From an uncultured Christensenella sp. (GTDB lineage Bacteria; Bacillota; Clostridia; Christensenellales; Borkfalkiaceae), in assembly GCA_910578565.1 (NCBI GenBank), contig CAJTQF010000004.1:2170-66169 (forward strand): a stretch of DNA of 64,000 nt, read 5' to 3'. Shown here piece by piece: positions 9,820 to 19,201 of the stretch (positions within the stretch are counted from its first letter, which is position 1; the number at the start of each line of letters is the position of its first letter). The notes below the pieces were generated by a model, which saw only the letters and a list, made by a program, of their open reading frames with translations, ran no database searches and was not told the origin of the DNA. The position numbers and the translations under genes were made by a program.

Positions 9820-10266
9820 ATGAAAAGAAAAAAGATTTTATTTGTCTGCACAGGCAATACTTGCCGAAGTCCAATGGCGGAAGCGCTTTTACGCAGTAAA
9901 ATAAAGAAAAATAAAATTAAATTCTGGGATGTCGCATCTTGCGGTATTCACGCAGAAATCGGCGGAAAACTGAGCGAAAACAGTAGGCTTGCATTGCAGG
10001 AAATCGGTTTGAGTTTAGATAAATTTATGCCCCGGCAGCTCACGCAAAAACGTATTGCGGCAAGCACTTTGGTTGTTTGTATGACGGCAAACCAAAAATT
10101 AATGCTCGAAAACTGCGGCAATATAGTCAGTATAAAAGATTTTTTCGGCGTTGACGTGCCCGACCCGTTCGGAATGGATTTAAACGCATACCGCTGTGCA
10201 CGCGACGTTCTTTCGGAAGTTTGTGATTTTTTAGTTAAAAATTATATTTTACCATATCAGGATTAA
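9820..10266 (+). CDS. ywlE: low-molecular-weight protein phosphatase (arginine/tyrosine phosphatase, YwlE-like)
   Basis: CTGNTCRSPMAE active-site loop (CX5R), a later DPF motif, and conserved placement next to tsaC and rpiB. Confidence 0.75.
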   Translation: MKRKKILFVCTGNTCRSPMAEALLRSKIKKNKIKFWDVASCGIHAEIGGKLSENSRLALQEIGLSLDKFMPRQLTQKRIAASTLVVCMTANQKLMLENCGNIVSIKDFFGVDVPDPFGMDLNAYRCARDVLSEVCDFLVKNYILPYQD

Positions 10267-10276
10267 AGGAGAAATT

Positions 10277-10726
10277 ATGAAAATAGCTATTGCCTGCGAC
10301 CACGGCGGGCTCAACTTAAAGAAAGAGATAATAAAGTACCTTTCCGAAAAGGGATATGATTATAAAGATTACGGTACTGACAGTACCGATAGTTGTGATT
10401 ATCCCGATTTTGCTTTGCCTGCGGCAGAAGCGGTTGCGAACGGCGATTGTGATAAGGGTATAGTGGTCTGCTCAACGGGGATTGGCGTTTCGATTGTGGC
10501 AAACAAAGTGCCAGGTGTGAGATGTGCCCATTGCCATGACAGTTATTGTGCGGAATTTACCCGCCTACATAACGATTCAAACGTACTTGCGCTTGGAGAA
10601 AAGGTTGTCGGTATAGGTTATGCCTTAAAGATTGTAGAAACTTTTTTAACGACACAGTTTGAAGGCGGCAGGCATCAAAGAAGAGTGGACAAAATTTCTG
10701 CAATAGAAAAAAAATATTGTAAATAA
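10277..10726 (+). CDS. rpiB: ribose-5-phosphate isomerase B
   Basis: MKIAIACDHGG...GIVVCSTGIGVSIVANK pattern typical of the RpiB/LacAB family. Confidence 0.85.
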   Translation: MKIAIACDHGGLNLKKEIIKYLSEKGYDYKDYGTDSTDSCDYPDFALPAAEAVANGDCDKGIVVCSTGIGVSIVANKVPGVRCAHCHDSYCAEFTRLHNDSNVLALGEKVVGIGYALKIVETFLTTQFEGGRHQRRVDKISAIEKKYCK

Positions 10727-10783
10727 TTGAATTTTAAATTTATTTCTTAAAACTGCTCATAATAGTTTTACGGAGGTAAATTT

Positions 10784-10936
10784 ATGAAGTTAAATTGCGG
10801 CGATACTTGCCCTAAGTCTGCTTCTTATAAAGTAGTTGACGGTAAGGGTAACGTGGTCAATTCTGTTTGGGTAGGCGAAGGCGAAACAATGCCCCCTACA
10901 CAATACTCTGACTGCCACTATGAAATAGATTCTTAA
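10784..10936 (+). CDS. small 50-aa protein, possibly YjzC-like
   Basis: This ORF is not in the ORF track. GGAGG lies 7 nt upstream of the ATG. The product is MKLNCGDTCPKSASYKVVDGKGNVVNSVWVGEGETMPPTQYSDCHYEIDS, and a strong terminator follows. Confidence 0.4.
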   Translation: MKLNCGDTCPKSASYKVVDGKGNVVNSVWVGEGETMPPTQYSDCHYEIDS

Positions 10937-10957
10937 TAAATTTATATCATCAAGCAG

Positions 10958-10996
10958 GGTGCGCTTTTCAAGTATTAAAAGCGCACCGTTTTTTTT
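10958..10996 (+). terminator. intrinsic terminator
   Basis: An 11-bp stem GGTGCGCTTTT / AAAAGCGCACC followed by a T8 run. Confidence 0.7.
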
Positions 10997-11022
10997 AATA
11001 CATTTTAAAAGTTTATTTTAGC

Positions 11023-11051
11023 TTGACAAGTTAATTTTTTTATATTATAAT
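11023..11051 (+). promoter_or_regulatory. consensus sigma-A promoter for tRNA-Leu
   Basis: TTGACA, a 17-nt spacer, then TATAAT. The tRNA 5' end lies 12 nt downstream. Confidence 0.55.
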
Positions 11052-11062
11052 TATTTTGTTTT

Positions 11063-11145
11063 GCGGATGTGGCGGAATTGGCAGACGCGCAGGTTTCAGG
11101 TTCCTGTGGGCAACCGTGGGGGTTCAAGTCCCTTCATCCGCACCA
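11063..11145 (+). tRNA. tRNA-Leu (anticodon CAG), class II with long variable arm, CCA encoded
   Basis: Hand fold: acceptor GCGGATG/CATCCGC, D-arm GCG-GAATTGGCAGA-CGC, anticodon loop TTCAGGT, T-loop GGTTCAAGTCC, 3' ACCA. Confidence 0.85.
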
Positions 11146-11236
11146 AGTCTTAATAACTTGAACTTCTTTACCGTTAAAAAGACGTTTGGGCTATTTTGTT
11201 TAACGGAAGAATTTGAGAACTTCCGAGCATAAAAAA

Positions 11237-11265
11237 CGCCGATAGAGTTTGTTACTCTATCGGCG
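11237..11265 (-). terminator. intrinsic terminator, best oriented for minus-strand transcripts
   Basis: Stem CGCCGATAGAG / CTCTATCGGCG. The A6 run on the plus-strand side becomes a T6 run on the minus strand. Confidence 0.5.
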
Positions 11266-11527
11266 TTTGCCGTTTATACTACTTTATGTTCGGTTACCTA
11301 ACTTGATTAGGTCTATATTTTTCATTTATATACCGCGCAACTTCGGCGGTTTTCCTTATTCCGTGTTTTTCAACGGTTATCCCTATACAATTTAACGGGA
11401 CTCTTTACTTATTTGATTGTTTATTCAGTTGTGATTGTTGCCACTCGGCGTAGTCTTTTTGTCCTTGCAAGAAATAGCGGGCAAAGATAATTGCGTTTTT
11501 GTTCATAATCTGCCCCTTTGGGCGGCA

Positions 11528-11549
11528 TTGACATTATAATAAATGTCAA
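11528..11549. promoter_or_regulatory. perfect palindrome, candidate TetR operator
   Basis: TTGACATT-ATAATA-AATGTCAA lies about 20 nt upstream of the TTGACA -35 element of the TetR gene promoter (11571). Confidence 0.4.
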
Positions 11550-11630
11550 ACGAAAAACCAAGCAAAACGCTTGACATTTCTTTACTATGAGTATTATAAT
11601 TTTACTAACAGTTTAATTTTGGAGTTAATT

Positions 11631-12254
11631 ATGAATACAAGAACACAAAGAACTATTGCATTTAACCGTCAGAACATATTAGACGCCGCCGACAAATTAT
11701 TTTGCAAAAATGGCGTTGAAAAGACAACAATGGAACAACTTGCATCAGAGGCGGGTTATAGCAAGCCCACTTTATATGGCTATTTCAAAGATAAAGACGA
11801 AGTTTATTTTGCGCTCGTTTTGGAGTTCATGGAAAAGATAGTTGTTAAAGTTGATAAAGCAATTGAAGAAAAAAACGATTTTAACAACACATTCACAAAA
11901 ATATGTCAGGATACTTTTCGACTTGCAACCCGTTACCCGCTCTATTTTGAGGGGCTTATAGGAACAATAAACGTGAATATTAAAGCCGATGATACGCCGC
12001 AAATCTATAAAGATATATACCGTTTGGGCGAGATATTAAACGGAAAACTGTTAATCATTTTAGAGCAAGGTATAAGCGAAGGAATAATCAATGTCACGAT
12101 TGATAAATCGGCAATTCTGCTATTCGTTTGGAGTTCGGTTGCGGGTATTATCAGAATGATAAATCACAAAAAAGAATATTTGAAAATGCTGCAACTGAAC
12201 GAAAAAGATTTTTCGGCTTTTTGTTTTGAAAGGCTGCTACGCGCTTGTAGGTGA
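11631..12254 (+). CDS. TetR/AcrR family transcriptional regulator
   Basis: The ATG at 11631 follows GGAG. The N-terminal HTH is NILDAADKLFCKNGVEKTTMEQLASEAGYSKPTLYGYFKDKDEVY. Confidence 0.8.
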   Translation: MNTRTQRTIAFNRQNILDAADKLFCKNGVEKTTMEQLASEAGYSKPTLYGYFKDKDEVYFALVLEFMEKIVVKVDKAIEEKNDFNNTFTKICQDTFRLATRYPLYFEGLIGTINVNIKADDTPQIYKDIYRLGEILNGKLLIILEQGISEGIINVTIDKSAILLFVWSSVAGIIRMINHKKEYLKMLQLNEKDFSAFCFERLLRACR

Positions 12255-12265
12255 GGAGGCAAAAT

Positions 12266-13375
12266 ATGACAAGGAAAAAGAAGGTTATGATTATTGTATT
12301 TTCGGTTTTAGGCGCGGTCATTATCGCACTGTCCGCTGTTCTGACTGCGGCGGCAATTATTGGCAGACCGTTAAAAGTCAATCCGTTGCGCAAATTAGAC
12401 GGTGTAAACGAAGATATTCAAAATGCACTGTGGTATTCCTCTATCGCAGCTAATTCCCATAATACGCAAATGTGGAGCGTTAAACTTTACCCGAACGAAA
12501 ACCGCTTGCAAATTTCAATAGACGAAAGTCGCGTATTGAATGTAGTAGACAGCGAAAAACGCGAGGCTTATATTTCGCTTGGTTGCTATATCGAAACAAT
12601 GTGCGTAGCGTTCGGCGCATACGGCTACGATACACAAGTAAACTGCGACGATTTATCCGTGCAATTTACATATCAAAAACGCGCAAATGCAAAAGTTGAT
12701 ACTGCCAAACTTTCATTGATAGATAAACGGCATACCGATAAATCGGCATATTCAAGTGATAAGATACAGCAAGAAACGGCAAGCGCAATACTCAATAAAT
12801 ATTCCGACTTATCGCTCTATCAAAACGGCGACGAAAATTTTGATTATATAAAACGCATTTCAATGGACGCTGTTACGGTGCAATCAGCTAATCAAGCATA
12901 CCGCGACGAATTGGCGCAATGGATGCGCTTTTCCGATAAGGAAGCCGCAAGCAAATTAGATGGCATAACCGCCGATATGATAGGCTTAAAAGGCATAGTA
13001 AAAACTTTCTACTATTGGACGACTACAAGAGAAAACGCAAAAGGCGATAAATTCGCGCAACAAGGAATTGACACGGCAAAAAAGCAACTGAATAATTGCG
13101 GCGCGTTCGCCGTTATGACGGGCGGCAATACCATTGAAGAATTGATTAACACGGGCAGAAAAACGCAAGCATTTTGGTTTGACTGCGCCGAAAACAATAT
13201 AGCCGTACAACCCTTTTCAGCCGCTCTTGAAACGCAACCGTTTAGCTCTTCAATTCAAAATGATTTAGGCGTTACCGCACCCGTTCAAATGATATTAAGA
13301 CTGGGTTATGTAGACTGTTACGGAACAAACAGCGGGTTGCGCAGAAATCTATCAGAATATATTGAGATAAAATGA
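12266..13375 (+). CDS. membrane-anchored nitroreductase-superfamily (Acg-like) protein
   Basis: GAGGAGG RBS, an N-terminal TM, and an ANSHNTQMW motif resembling the nitroreductase S-x-x-N-x-Q-P-W signature. Confidence 0.5.
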   Translation: MTRKKKVMIIVFSVLGAVIIALSAVLTAAAIIGRPLKVNPLRKLDGVNEDIQNALWYSSIAANSHNTQMWSVKLYPNENRLQISIDESRVLNVVDSEKREAYISLGCYIETMCVAFGAYGYDTQVNCDDLSVQFTYQKRANAKVDTAKLSLIDKRHTDKSAYSSDKIQQETASAILNKYSDLSLYQNGDENFDYIKRISMDAVTVQSANQAYRDELAQWMRFSDKEAASKLDGITADMIGLKGIVKTFYYWTTTRENAKGDKFAQQGIDTAKKQLNNCGAFAVMTGGNTIEELINTGRKTQAFWFDCAENNIAVQPFSAALETQPFSSSIQNDLGVTAPVQMILRLGYVDCYGTNSGLRRNLSEYIEIK

Positions 13376-13501
13376 CTTACTACACCGTATGCCCAGATTG
13401 CGGCTACAAATTATTAAAGGCTGGCGACAGCTTAGACATTGCGCAAAATTATTGGCTTTTTAAGTAAAATTTTTGGGATATTTTTTTAAAAATAATAATA
13501 A

Positions 13502-13530
13502 ATGGGCTATTTTGATGCAAAATAGCCCAT
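13502..13530 (-). terminator. intrinsic terminator downstream of the minus-strand tRNA
   Basis: Perfect 12-bp stem ATGGGCTATTTT / AAAATAGCCCAT, followed by a T-rich tail on the minus strand. Confidence 0.55.
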
Positions 13531-13533
13531 TTG

Positions 13534-13618
13534 TGGTGCACTCAACAGGAGTTGAACCTGCATGGTGTTATCCACAAGATCCTTAGTCTTGCGCGTCTGC
13601 CAATTCCGCCATGAGTGC
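13534..13618 (-). tRNA. tRNA-Leu with apparent anticodon AAG (A34), class II, CCA encoded
   Basis: Hand fold of the reverse complement: acceptor GCACTCA/TGAGTGC, the same D-arm as the CAG isoacceptor, and a perfect anticodon stem CAAGA/TCTTG. The loop is CTAAGGA and the T-arm is GCAGG-TTCAACT-CCTGT. Confidence 0.8.
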
Positions 13619-13696
13619 ACTTATTAAAAGCATAAATAATTTTATATTAATTTAATAATCTTGTCAAGTTAAAATTAAGCCTGTGACAAAATTTTA

Positions 13697-15997
13697 TTAA
13701 AAAATTTGTAATGCGGAATTTTCTGTAGTTTCTTTATACATACCCCAATCAGGTATCAATTTTAAATTGTCAGCTAAATCGTTTCCGTTGACCAACATAC
13801 TTTTCGGTATAAGAATTTTTTGACTGTAATCGTTGTTTTGAAACAAATACCAATCGCTGTTTGTGTCTGAAATATTGAAAGATGTTAAACTAGTGCAATC
13901 AAGAAAGGCATTGCTTTCAATAAGTTTAACTTTTTCCGGTATAGTAATTTCTTTCAGGGAATAGCAGTAGGCAAATGCAGAGTCTCTGATAATTTCCACA
14001 TTACAGCCGATAGTTACGTTTGTAAGATTCAAACAACCTGAAAATGCGCAGTAAGAAATTTCCGTTACACTGTCCGGAATGATTATTTCTTTTAATTCCG
14101 AACAATCGCAGAATAAATTTTCAGAAAGTTTATTAAGGTTTGCGGGAAGCGTTACTCTAACAAGTGCTGTATCCGTAAAAGCAAATTCGCCGATTTGTTC
14201 AACAGTTTCAGGTATATCTATTTTAGTTAAATTCGAACTACCGCCAAAAGCATTGTTTTCAATTGTTTTGATTCCGTTAAACATTTTTACGCTTTGAAGG
14301 GAGTAGCAGCAGGCAAATGCATATTCATTGATGGTTTCAATTCCGTAAATTTCAACCGTTCTAATGAATTTATTGTTGTAAAATGCTTTTTTATCTATAT
14401 AAGCTACAGGAACATTATGGTATTTTTCGGGTATAACTATTTTTGAAACCTTTTCATCGTAACCGGAAGAAGATATGCTCGAAACATAAAAATAGTGTTC
14501 GGTAATATTTCGGTTTTCGTCACATTGTTTTACTTGTACGAAATTCAGATAAGTGTAATCAACGTCGTAGTAATAACCTTTTATCGTAACGTCGTTAAAA
14601 CTTAAAACAGTTTTTTCCCATTTAACCGAGCAACCGTCAACAAACGGGTAATCAGTTTCGCCGGGAAAGTTTATATTCATATTTTCGGCGTTGAAGGTAG
14701 TGGTGTAGGCGAGTTTTGTTTCGGTTTCTATAAGTTCGTCGATTATTACAAAACTTGCGACATAATCAATGGGAATATATTCTGCGGATACGGTAATATC
14801 GCCGATTTCAAGATTAAATTCTTCCCATTTGGCAGTGTAACCTGATTTTGCGGGAACTTCGGGTACTTCGATTTCAGTATTCTCGATATTGTATTCTAAA
14901 ACGTCAACAACTTTATTGTCCGCCACAAAGTTTACGTGGTAAGTAATCAGGTCATAAACGGCGTTGACTTTGATATCGGTTTCAAGCTGTAATTTAAAAT
15001 CTTCCCAATATGCTTCGTAACCTGCAATCTGCGGAATTTCCGGTTCTTCGAGTTTGTGGAATTCCAGTATATTCGTTTCAAACGTTGCAATTAATTTATC
15101 TTTTACATAATATTCTATCGTATAATCAAGAATTGCAACTTTAAGGTGAATGACGGTCATACCGCATTCAAGTTCGTCCCAATAGCTGTAACAACCGGGG
15201 ACAAAAGTAGGTTCGGGCGGAACAACTTCTTTATAGTTCGTAATATTATAATCGATTTTTGCCAGAACAATTCCGCCGCCGTCAATATATTCAACAGAGT
15301 AATTAATCGGTTCATATATAGCGTTAATCTGAATATTTCCCTTGGTGAGTTCGTAACTTTCCCATTTGCCGGGATAATAATGTTCGTGCTCGGGACAGGC
15401 GGGTTCTATTATCTTGCGGTTTTCTACAGTATAAGTTTGGGTTGAAATTACTTCGCCCAAAGAAATAAATTCTACTGTATATTCAGTGGGTTTCAATAAA
15501 GCGTGCAATTCGATATTTTGTAAAGGTTTTATATTGAAATCGTAAGGTTTGCCGTCAACCAACCATTTATCCAAAGAGTAACCGCTCTCTGTTTCAGGCA
15601 GTTGGTAATTTTCAATATATGTACCTTTGCAAATCTGATAATCTTTTACTATTTCTCCGTCATTATAATATTTGACGGAGATTAAACTGTCTTCATAAGA
15701 AGACCAGTAACCGTAAACGTTTATATTTTTTGTAACGGTTTCCGCTGTAAACCATTTATCGTAATTTGATGAAGTGAACCAACCGATAAAAACATTATCA
15801 TTGTCTTCGGTATTTTCTATTTCCGGGAAATCGAGCGGACTGCCGTATTTAACCGAAATTTCATTATAAAGACTACCGTCAACATAAAATTTAACGCTGT
15901 ATACAGCGTTGGCTTTATTGGTTTTGCAGCAACACAAACAAACTAACGCCAAACTTGCCGCAAAAAATGTTAATAAAATAATCGTCCATTTTTTCAT
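13697..15997 (-). CDS. secreted surface protein with InlB-B-type (Listeria-Bacteroides) repeats and C-terminal BspA-type leucine-rich repeats
   Basis: Signal peptide MKKWTIILLTFFAASLALV (the ORF track starts 7 codons earlier, at 16018). It has repeated roughly 70-aa Y.V.F......G...... units. The C-terminus has the LRR_5 pattern (I.I....I...AF..C..L). Confidence 0.7.
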   Translation of the reverse strand: MKKWTIILLTFFAASLALVCLCCCKTNKANAVYSVKFYVDGSLYNEISVKYGSPLDFPEIENTEDNDNVFIGWFTSSNYDKWFTAETVTKNINVYGYWSSYEDSLISVKYYNDGEIVKDYQICKGTYIENYQLPETESGYSLDKWLVDGKPYDFNIKPLQNIELHALLKPTEYTVEFISLGEVISTQTYTVENRKIIEPACPEHEHYYPGKWESYELTKGNIQINAIYEPINYSVEYIDGGGIVLAKIDYNITNYKEVVPPEPTFVPGCYSYWDELECGMTVIHLKVAILDYTIEYYVKDKLIATFETNILEFHKLEEPEIPQIAGYEAYWEDFKLQLETDIKVNAVYDLITYHVNFVADNKVVDVLEYNIENTEIEVPEVPAKSGYTAKWEEFNLEIGDITVSAEYIPIDYVASFVIIDELIETETKLAYTTTFNAENMNINFPGETDYPFVDGCSVKWEKTVLSFNDVTIKGYYYDVDYTYLNFVQVKQCDENRNITEHYFYVSSISSSGYDEKVSKIVIPEKYHNVPVAYIDKKAFYNNKFIRTVEIYGIETINEYAFACCYSLQSVKMFNGIKTIENNAFGGSSNLTKIDIPETVEQIGEFAFTDTALVRVTLPANLNKLSENLFCDCSELKEIIIPDSVTEISYCAFSGCLNLTNVTIGCNVEIIRDSAFAYCYSLKEITIPEKVKLIESNAFLDCTSLTSFNISDTNSDWYLFQNNDYSQKILIPKSMLVNGNDLADNLKLIPDWGMYKETTENSALQIF

Positions 15998-16173
15998 TTG
16001 TATTTTATACCACATCACTCTTTCTCAATGGAGAATATTGAAAATAATACCAAAATCTCCCTTAATACATATTAAACTACAAAATGCTACAAGAAGTCAA
16101 GCCTTTATTAATGATTTTGGCTCTTTCAAAAGCAATTCGTTCTAAAATTGTATAAAAAAAAATAAATTAAGGT

Positions 16174-17079
16174 ATGGATTTATTCTTTTTGCCAACCGAT
16201 ATAAGACAAGCGTTGACAAATATTAATATCAATTATCTTTCGGAAATAAGGATACGTAAGGGACAACCGGTCATAGTTGAGTATAAAGGGGAATATAAAT
16301 ATCTAAATCCGTTTGGAGTAAGTGAAGCCGAACGCGGGGCATTAACCGTAAACGAGATTTCACCTATAATAAACAGTGCCACGTGCGGCTGTATATATAA
16401 TTACACGGAGCAAATGAAAAGCGGGTTTATTACCGTTGGCAACGGCATAAGAATTGGCATAGCAGGAGAATACGTTACAAGCGGCAGTGAAGTTGTTGCA
16501 ATTAAAAATATAACTTCATTAAATATACGGGTACCGCATATAGTTCCGGGTTGTGCCGGTTATATAGTTGAAGCATTACTTTTTAAAAGTTTACATAGTA
16601 TTTTGCTGTACTCAAAACCGGGTTTTGGAAAAACTACAATGCTGCGGGATATAGCTACAACAATTGGAAAAACGCACAAATGTAACGTACTTGTTTTTGA
16701 CGAGAGAAATGAAATTTCGGCAACCGACGGGGAAGGTAACGGGTTTAATTTAGGCGACAGAGTTGACGTTATCCGTTGCTATCAGAAGAAAGGCGCAATT
16801 GCGAGTGCAATCAGGGCTATGAAGCCGGAAGTAATTATTACGGACGAGTTGTACGGCGAAGCCGACGCGGAAGCAATTAAATATGCGGCCGATTGCGGCA
16901 TTTGCGTAATCGCTTCATCGCACACCGAGCGTGAAGAAAATCTGATGAAACTTCCTTTTGAATATTATGTAAAACTTACAGGCGTGGGCAGACAACCTAT
17001 TATTTATGATAAAAATTTTAATACTTATTGCCGTGGTGGCGCTGACGACTTCGATAGGGGTATTTTTGTCGGCAAATAA
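16174..17079 (+). CDS. spoIIIAA: stage III sporulation protein AA (ATPase)
   Basis: Walker A SKPGFGKTTMLRD and Walker B IITDEL. It is the first gene of an 8-gene cluster with spoIIIA sizes and topology. Confidence 0.85.
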   Translation: MDLFFLPTDIRQALTNININYLSEIRIRKGQPVIVEYKGEYKYLNPFGVSEAERGALTVNEISPIINSATCGCIYNYTEQMKSGFITVGNGIRIGIAGEYVTSGSEVVAIKNITSLNIRVPHIVPGCAGYIVEALLFKSLHSILLYSKPGFGKTTMLRDIATTIGKTHKCNVLVFDERNEISATDGEGNGFNLGDRVDVIRCYQKKGAIASAIRAMKPEVIITDELYGEADAEAIKYAADCGICVIASSHTEREENLMKLPFEYYVKLTGVGRQPIIYDKNFNTYCRGGADDFDRGIFVGK

Positions 17080-17431
17080 AAAGAAAAGGATGCAGGTTTT
17101 TTCAGAGTTGTATGAATTTAACGAACAACTGATTCTTACCCTGAAATTTTCCCGCTCGTCAATGAATACTATTGCCGCCCCGTTTAAATTCGTATCTAAA
17201 ATTTTAAACGGCGAGAGCGTTTTGAAAGGTGCAGATGATACGGTTGTTAAAGATTACGTTCAGAATTTAGGAAAAACGGACGCGCTTTCACAGGTGGATT
17301 ACTTGTCCGAGAGAAAGCAAACGTTAAAAAAATATAAGGAAGAAAGCTACACCGACTATAAAAAATACAGTTCGTTATACGTGAAAATATTTTTTCTGGT
17401 CGGCGTTATGGCGGCAGTTCTTTTAGCTTAA
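17006..17431 (+). CDS. spoIIIAB: stage III sporulation protein AB
   Basis: Operon position, an N-terminal TM and a C-terminal TM. The start is uncertain because the ORF overlaps spoIIIAA by 74 nt. Confidence 0.65.
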   Translation: MIKILILIAVVALTTSIGVFLSANKKKRMQVFSELYEFNEQLILTLKFSRSSMNTIAAPFKFVSKILNGESVLKGADDTVVKDYVQNLGKTDALSQVDYLSERKQTLKKYKEESYTDYKKYSSLYVKIFFLVGVMAAVLLA

Positions 17432-17628
17432 TGGATATAAGTATAATTTTTAAAATCGCCGTCGTCGGCATAATAGTTACCATTATCTGTCAGGTTTTAA
17501 AAAAATCGGACAGGGACGATATTGCTACGGTTGTAAGTCTTGTAGGATTGATAATAGTTCTGACGGTAGTAATTTCTATGATTGCCGAACTGTTTACGCA
17601 GATAAGGCAGTTGTTTGACATTTTCTGA
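17431..17628 (+). CDS. spoIIIAC: stage III sporulation protein AC
   Basis: A 65-aa two-TM protein with overlapping stop/start codons on both sides (TAATG upstream, ATGA-type downstream) in the spoIIIA order. Confidence 0.8.
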   Translation: MDISIIFKIAVVGIIVTIICQVLKKSDRDDIATVVSLVGLIIVLTVVISMIAELFTQIRQLFDIF

Positions 17629-18020
17629 TGTATATATTACGCCTTTGCTGTATTGCAATAATAACTGCGGTTTGCGCTTTAATTTTAAAAAACCATAAGT
17701 CCGGTCTTGTGCCGCTGTGTCTGACTGCCGGCGGTATAATAATGTTTTTATACGCTTTCGATTATCTGACTGAAAGCGTTGAATTTATTAAATCGTTTAC
17801 CGAAGGCGCAGGAATAGACAACGACATTATTAGAATAATTTTCAAAATTGTAGGAATAGGTTTCCTTGTAGAGCTTACTGCAAGTTCCGTTAAAGAACTT
17901 GGATTTGAAAGCACTGCGGACAAGCTGGTTTTATGCGGAAAAATAATCATATTCGTAGTATCGGTCCCGATACTAAACAGTACATACAAAATCATTGTGT
18001 CGCTTATAGAGCTGGTGTAA
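17628..18020 (+). CDS. spoIIIAD: stage III sporulation protein AD
   Basis: A 130-aa polytopic membrane protein in the expected operon position. Confidence 0.8.
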   Translation: MYILRLCCIAIITAVCALILKNHKSGLVPLCLTAGGIIMFLYAFDYLTESVEFIKSFTEGAGIDNDIIRIIFKIVGIGFLVELTASSVKELGFESTADKLVLCGKIIIFVVSVPILNSTYKIIVSLIELV

Positions 18021-19201
18021 AAAAACGATTTTTTTTACTTGCATTCTTAATTTTGTGTGCGGTTTTAGTAGCTGTAATAGGTGGGATTAACGCTATTGCA
18101 GACGGCGACGGCGGCGAACAGCTGTCGGAAAGTATATCGGATCTTTTGGAAGATCTGGACTTGTCCGAACTGCAAAAGTACTTAGATGAAAATTCCGACA
18201 GCTATCTTTACAATTTTGGAAGCACCGCGTCCGAAATAGTCGAATATTTGGTAAACGGAAACCTTAATACCGATTACAGCGGATTTATAGGCGAACTTTT
18301 TTCCGTAATATTTAAAAACGTAATTACGCTTATACCGGTTTTCGCCGAAATAACGGCGGTCGCGCTTTTGTCTGCGATAGTAAGTTCGGCGGAAGGGAGT
18401 TTACTTGGTACATCGACTTCCAGAATAGTTCATCTTGCATGTTACGCGCTTATTATTTTATTGCTTGCTTCAATGCTGGTTGGAATAGTTTCGGACTGTA
18501 TTACCTGTATTAACAGTGTAAAAAAACAAATTGAAATTATAACGCCAATACTTGCAACTTTAACCGTGCTTACAGGCGGAACGGGGACCGCTGCCATTTA
18601 TCAGCCGTCTGCAATTTTTTTATCGAGCGGCGCAATAGAAATTATAAGCGGCTTCATTTTTCCTGCGACTATTACGGTTATAATTTTAAACTTCATGTCA
18701 AAACTCAACCCGCAAATGTCTTTTACAGGCGTATCTGCGTTTGTGAAAAGCATAATGAAGTGGGTAATAGGAATTACCGTAACGGTATTCAGTATTTTTA
18801 TTACCGCGCAAAGTTCGGCGTCGTCGCTGTTTGACGGTATTTTATTTAAAGCCACCAAGTATGCGGTAAGTAACTCGGTTCCCATTGTAGGTAATTTTTT
18901 ATCCAGCGGTTTCGATATGCTTACGTCTGCCGGTCTTCTTATAAAAAGTTCTGTCGGCGTGTGCGGTTTGGTTTTGTTATTATTTGAGCTTTTAGGACCG
19001 ATAATATTATTGGCGTCATTTTCACTTATATTAAAGTTGGTTGGCGCAATAGTCCAACCGATAGGCGAAAACGTTCTTTATAATCTTTTGTCAGACCTGT
19101 CAAAGGATATAGAATATTTTATTGCGGGGCTTTTGACGGTTGCTTTTATGTATTCGCTTATTATTATGCTTATTATTAATTCGGCAAACAGTTTTATATG
19201 A
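17933..19201 (+). CDS. spoIIIAE: stage III sporulation protein AE
   Basis: A polytopic membrane protein with a signal-like segment FFLLAFLILCAVLVAV. The true start is probably downstream of 17933, but no canonical start codon was found. Confidence 0.75.
   Translation: MRKNNHIRSIGPDTKQYIQNHCVAYRAGVKKRFFLLAFLILCAVLVAVIGGINAIADGDGGEQLSESISDLLEDLDLSELQKYLDENSDSYLYNFGSTASEIVEYLVNGNLNTDYSGFIGELFSVIFKNVITLIPVFAEITAVALLSAIVSSAEGSLLGTSTSRIVHLACYALIILLLASMLVGIVSDCITCINSVKKQIEIITPILATLTVLTGGTGTAAIYQPSAIFLSSGAIEIISGFIFPATITVIILNFMSKLNPQMSFTGVSAFVKSIMKWVIGITVTVFSIFITAQSSASSLFDGILFKATKYAVSNSVPIVGNFLSSGFDMLTSAGLLIKSSVGVCGLVLLLFELLGPIILLASFSLILKLVGAIVQPIGENVLYNLLSDLSKDIEYFIAGLLTVAFMYSLIIMLIINSANSFI

Noticed and set aside
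11294-11506. A minus-strand reading frame divergent from the TetR gene gives MNKNAIIFARYFLQGQKDYAEWQQSQLNKQSNK, an in-frame TAA, and then 36 more sense codons (…GITVEKHGIRKTAEVARYINEKYRPNQVR). A minus-strand terminator follows.
   Set aside because: There is no recognisable family. It could be a 33-aa peptide gene or a decayed gene, and the evidence is insufficient to annotate it.
13372-13467. A 31-codon ORF (MTYYTVCPDCGYKLLKAGDSLDIAQNYWLFK) overlaps the stop of the nitroreductase-like gene.
   Set aside because: It has only half a zinc ribbon (a single CxxC), is very short and has no independent RBS. It is probably a remnant or spurious.
17933-18020. An 88-nt overlap between spoIIIAD and the annotated spoIIIAE start suggested a mis-called start or a frameshift.
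   Set aside because: No ATG, GTG or TTG start with an RBS was found near the end of spoIIIAD in the AE frame. The coordinates were left as in the ORF track and flagged as uncertain rather than proposing a frameshift.
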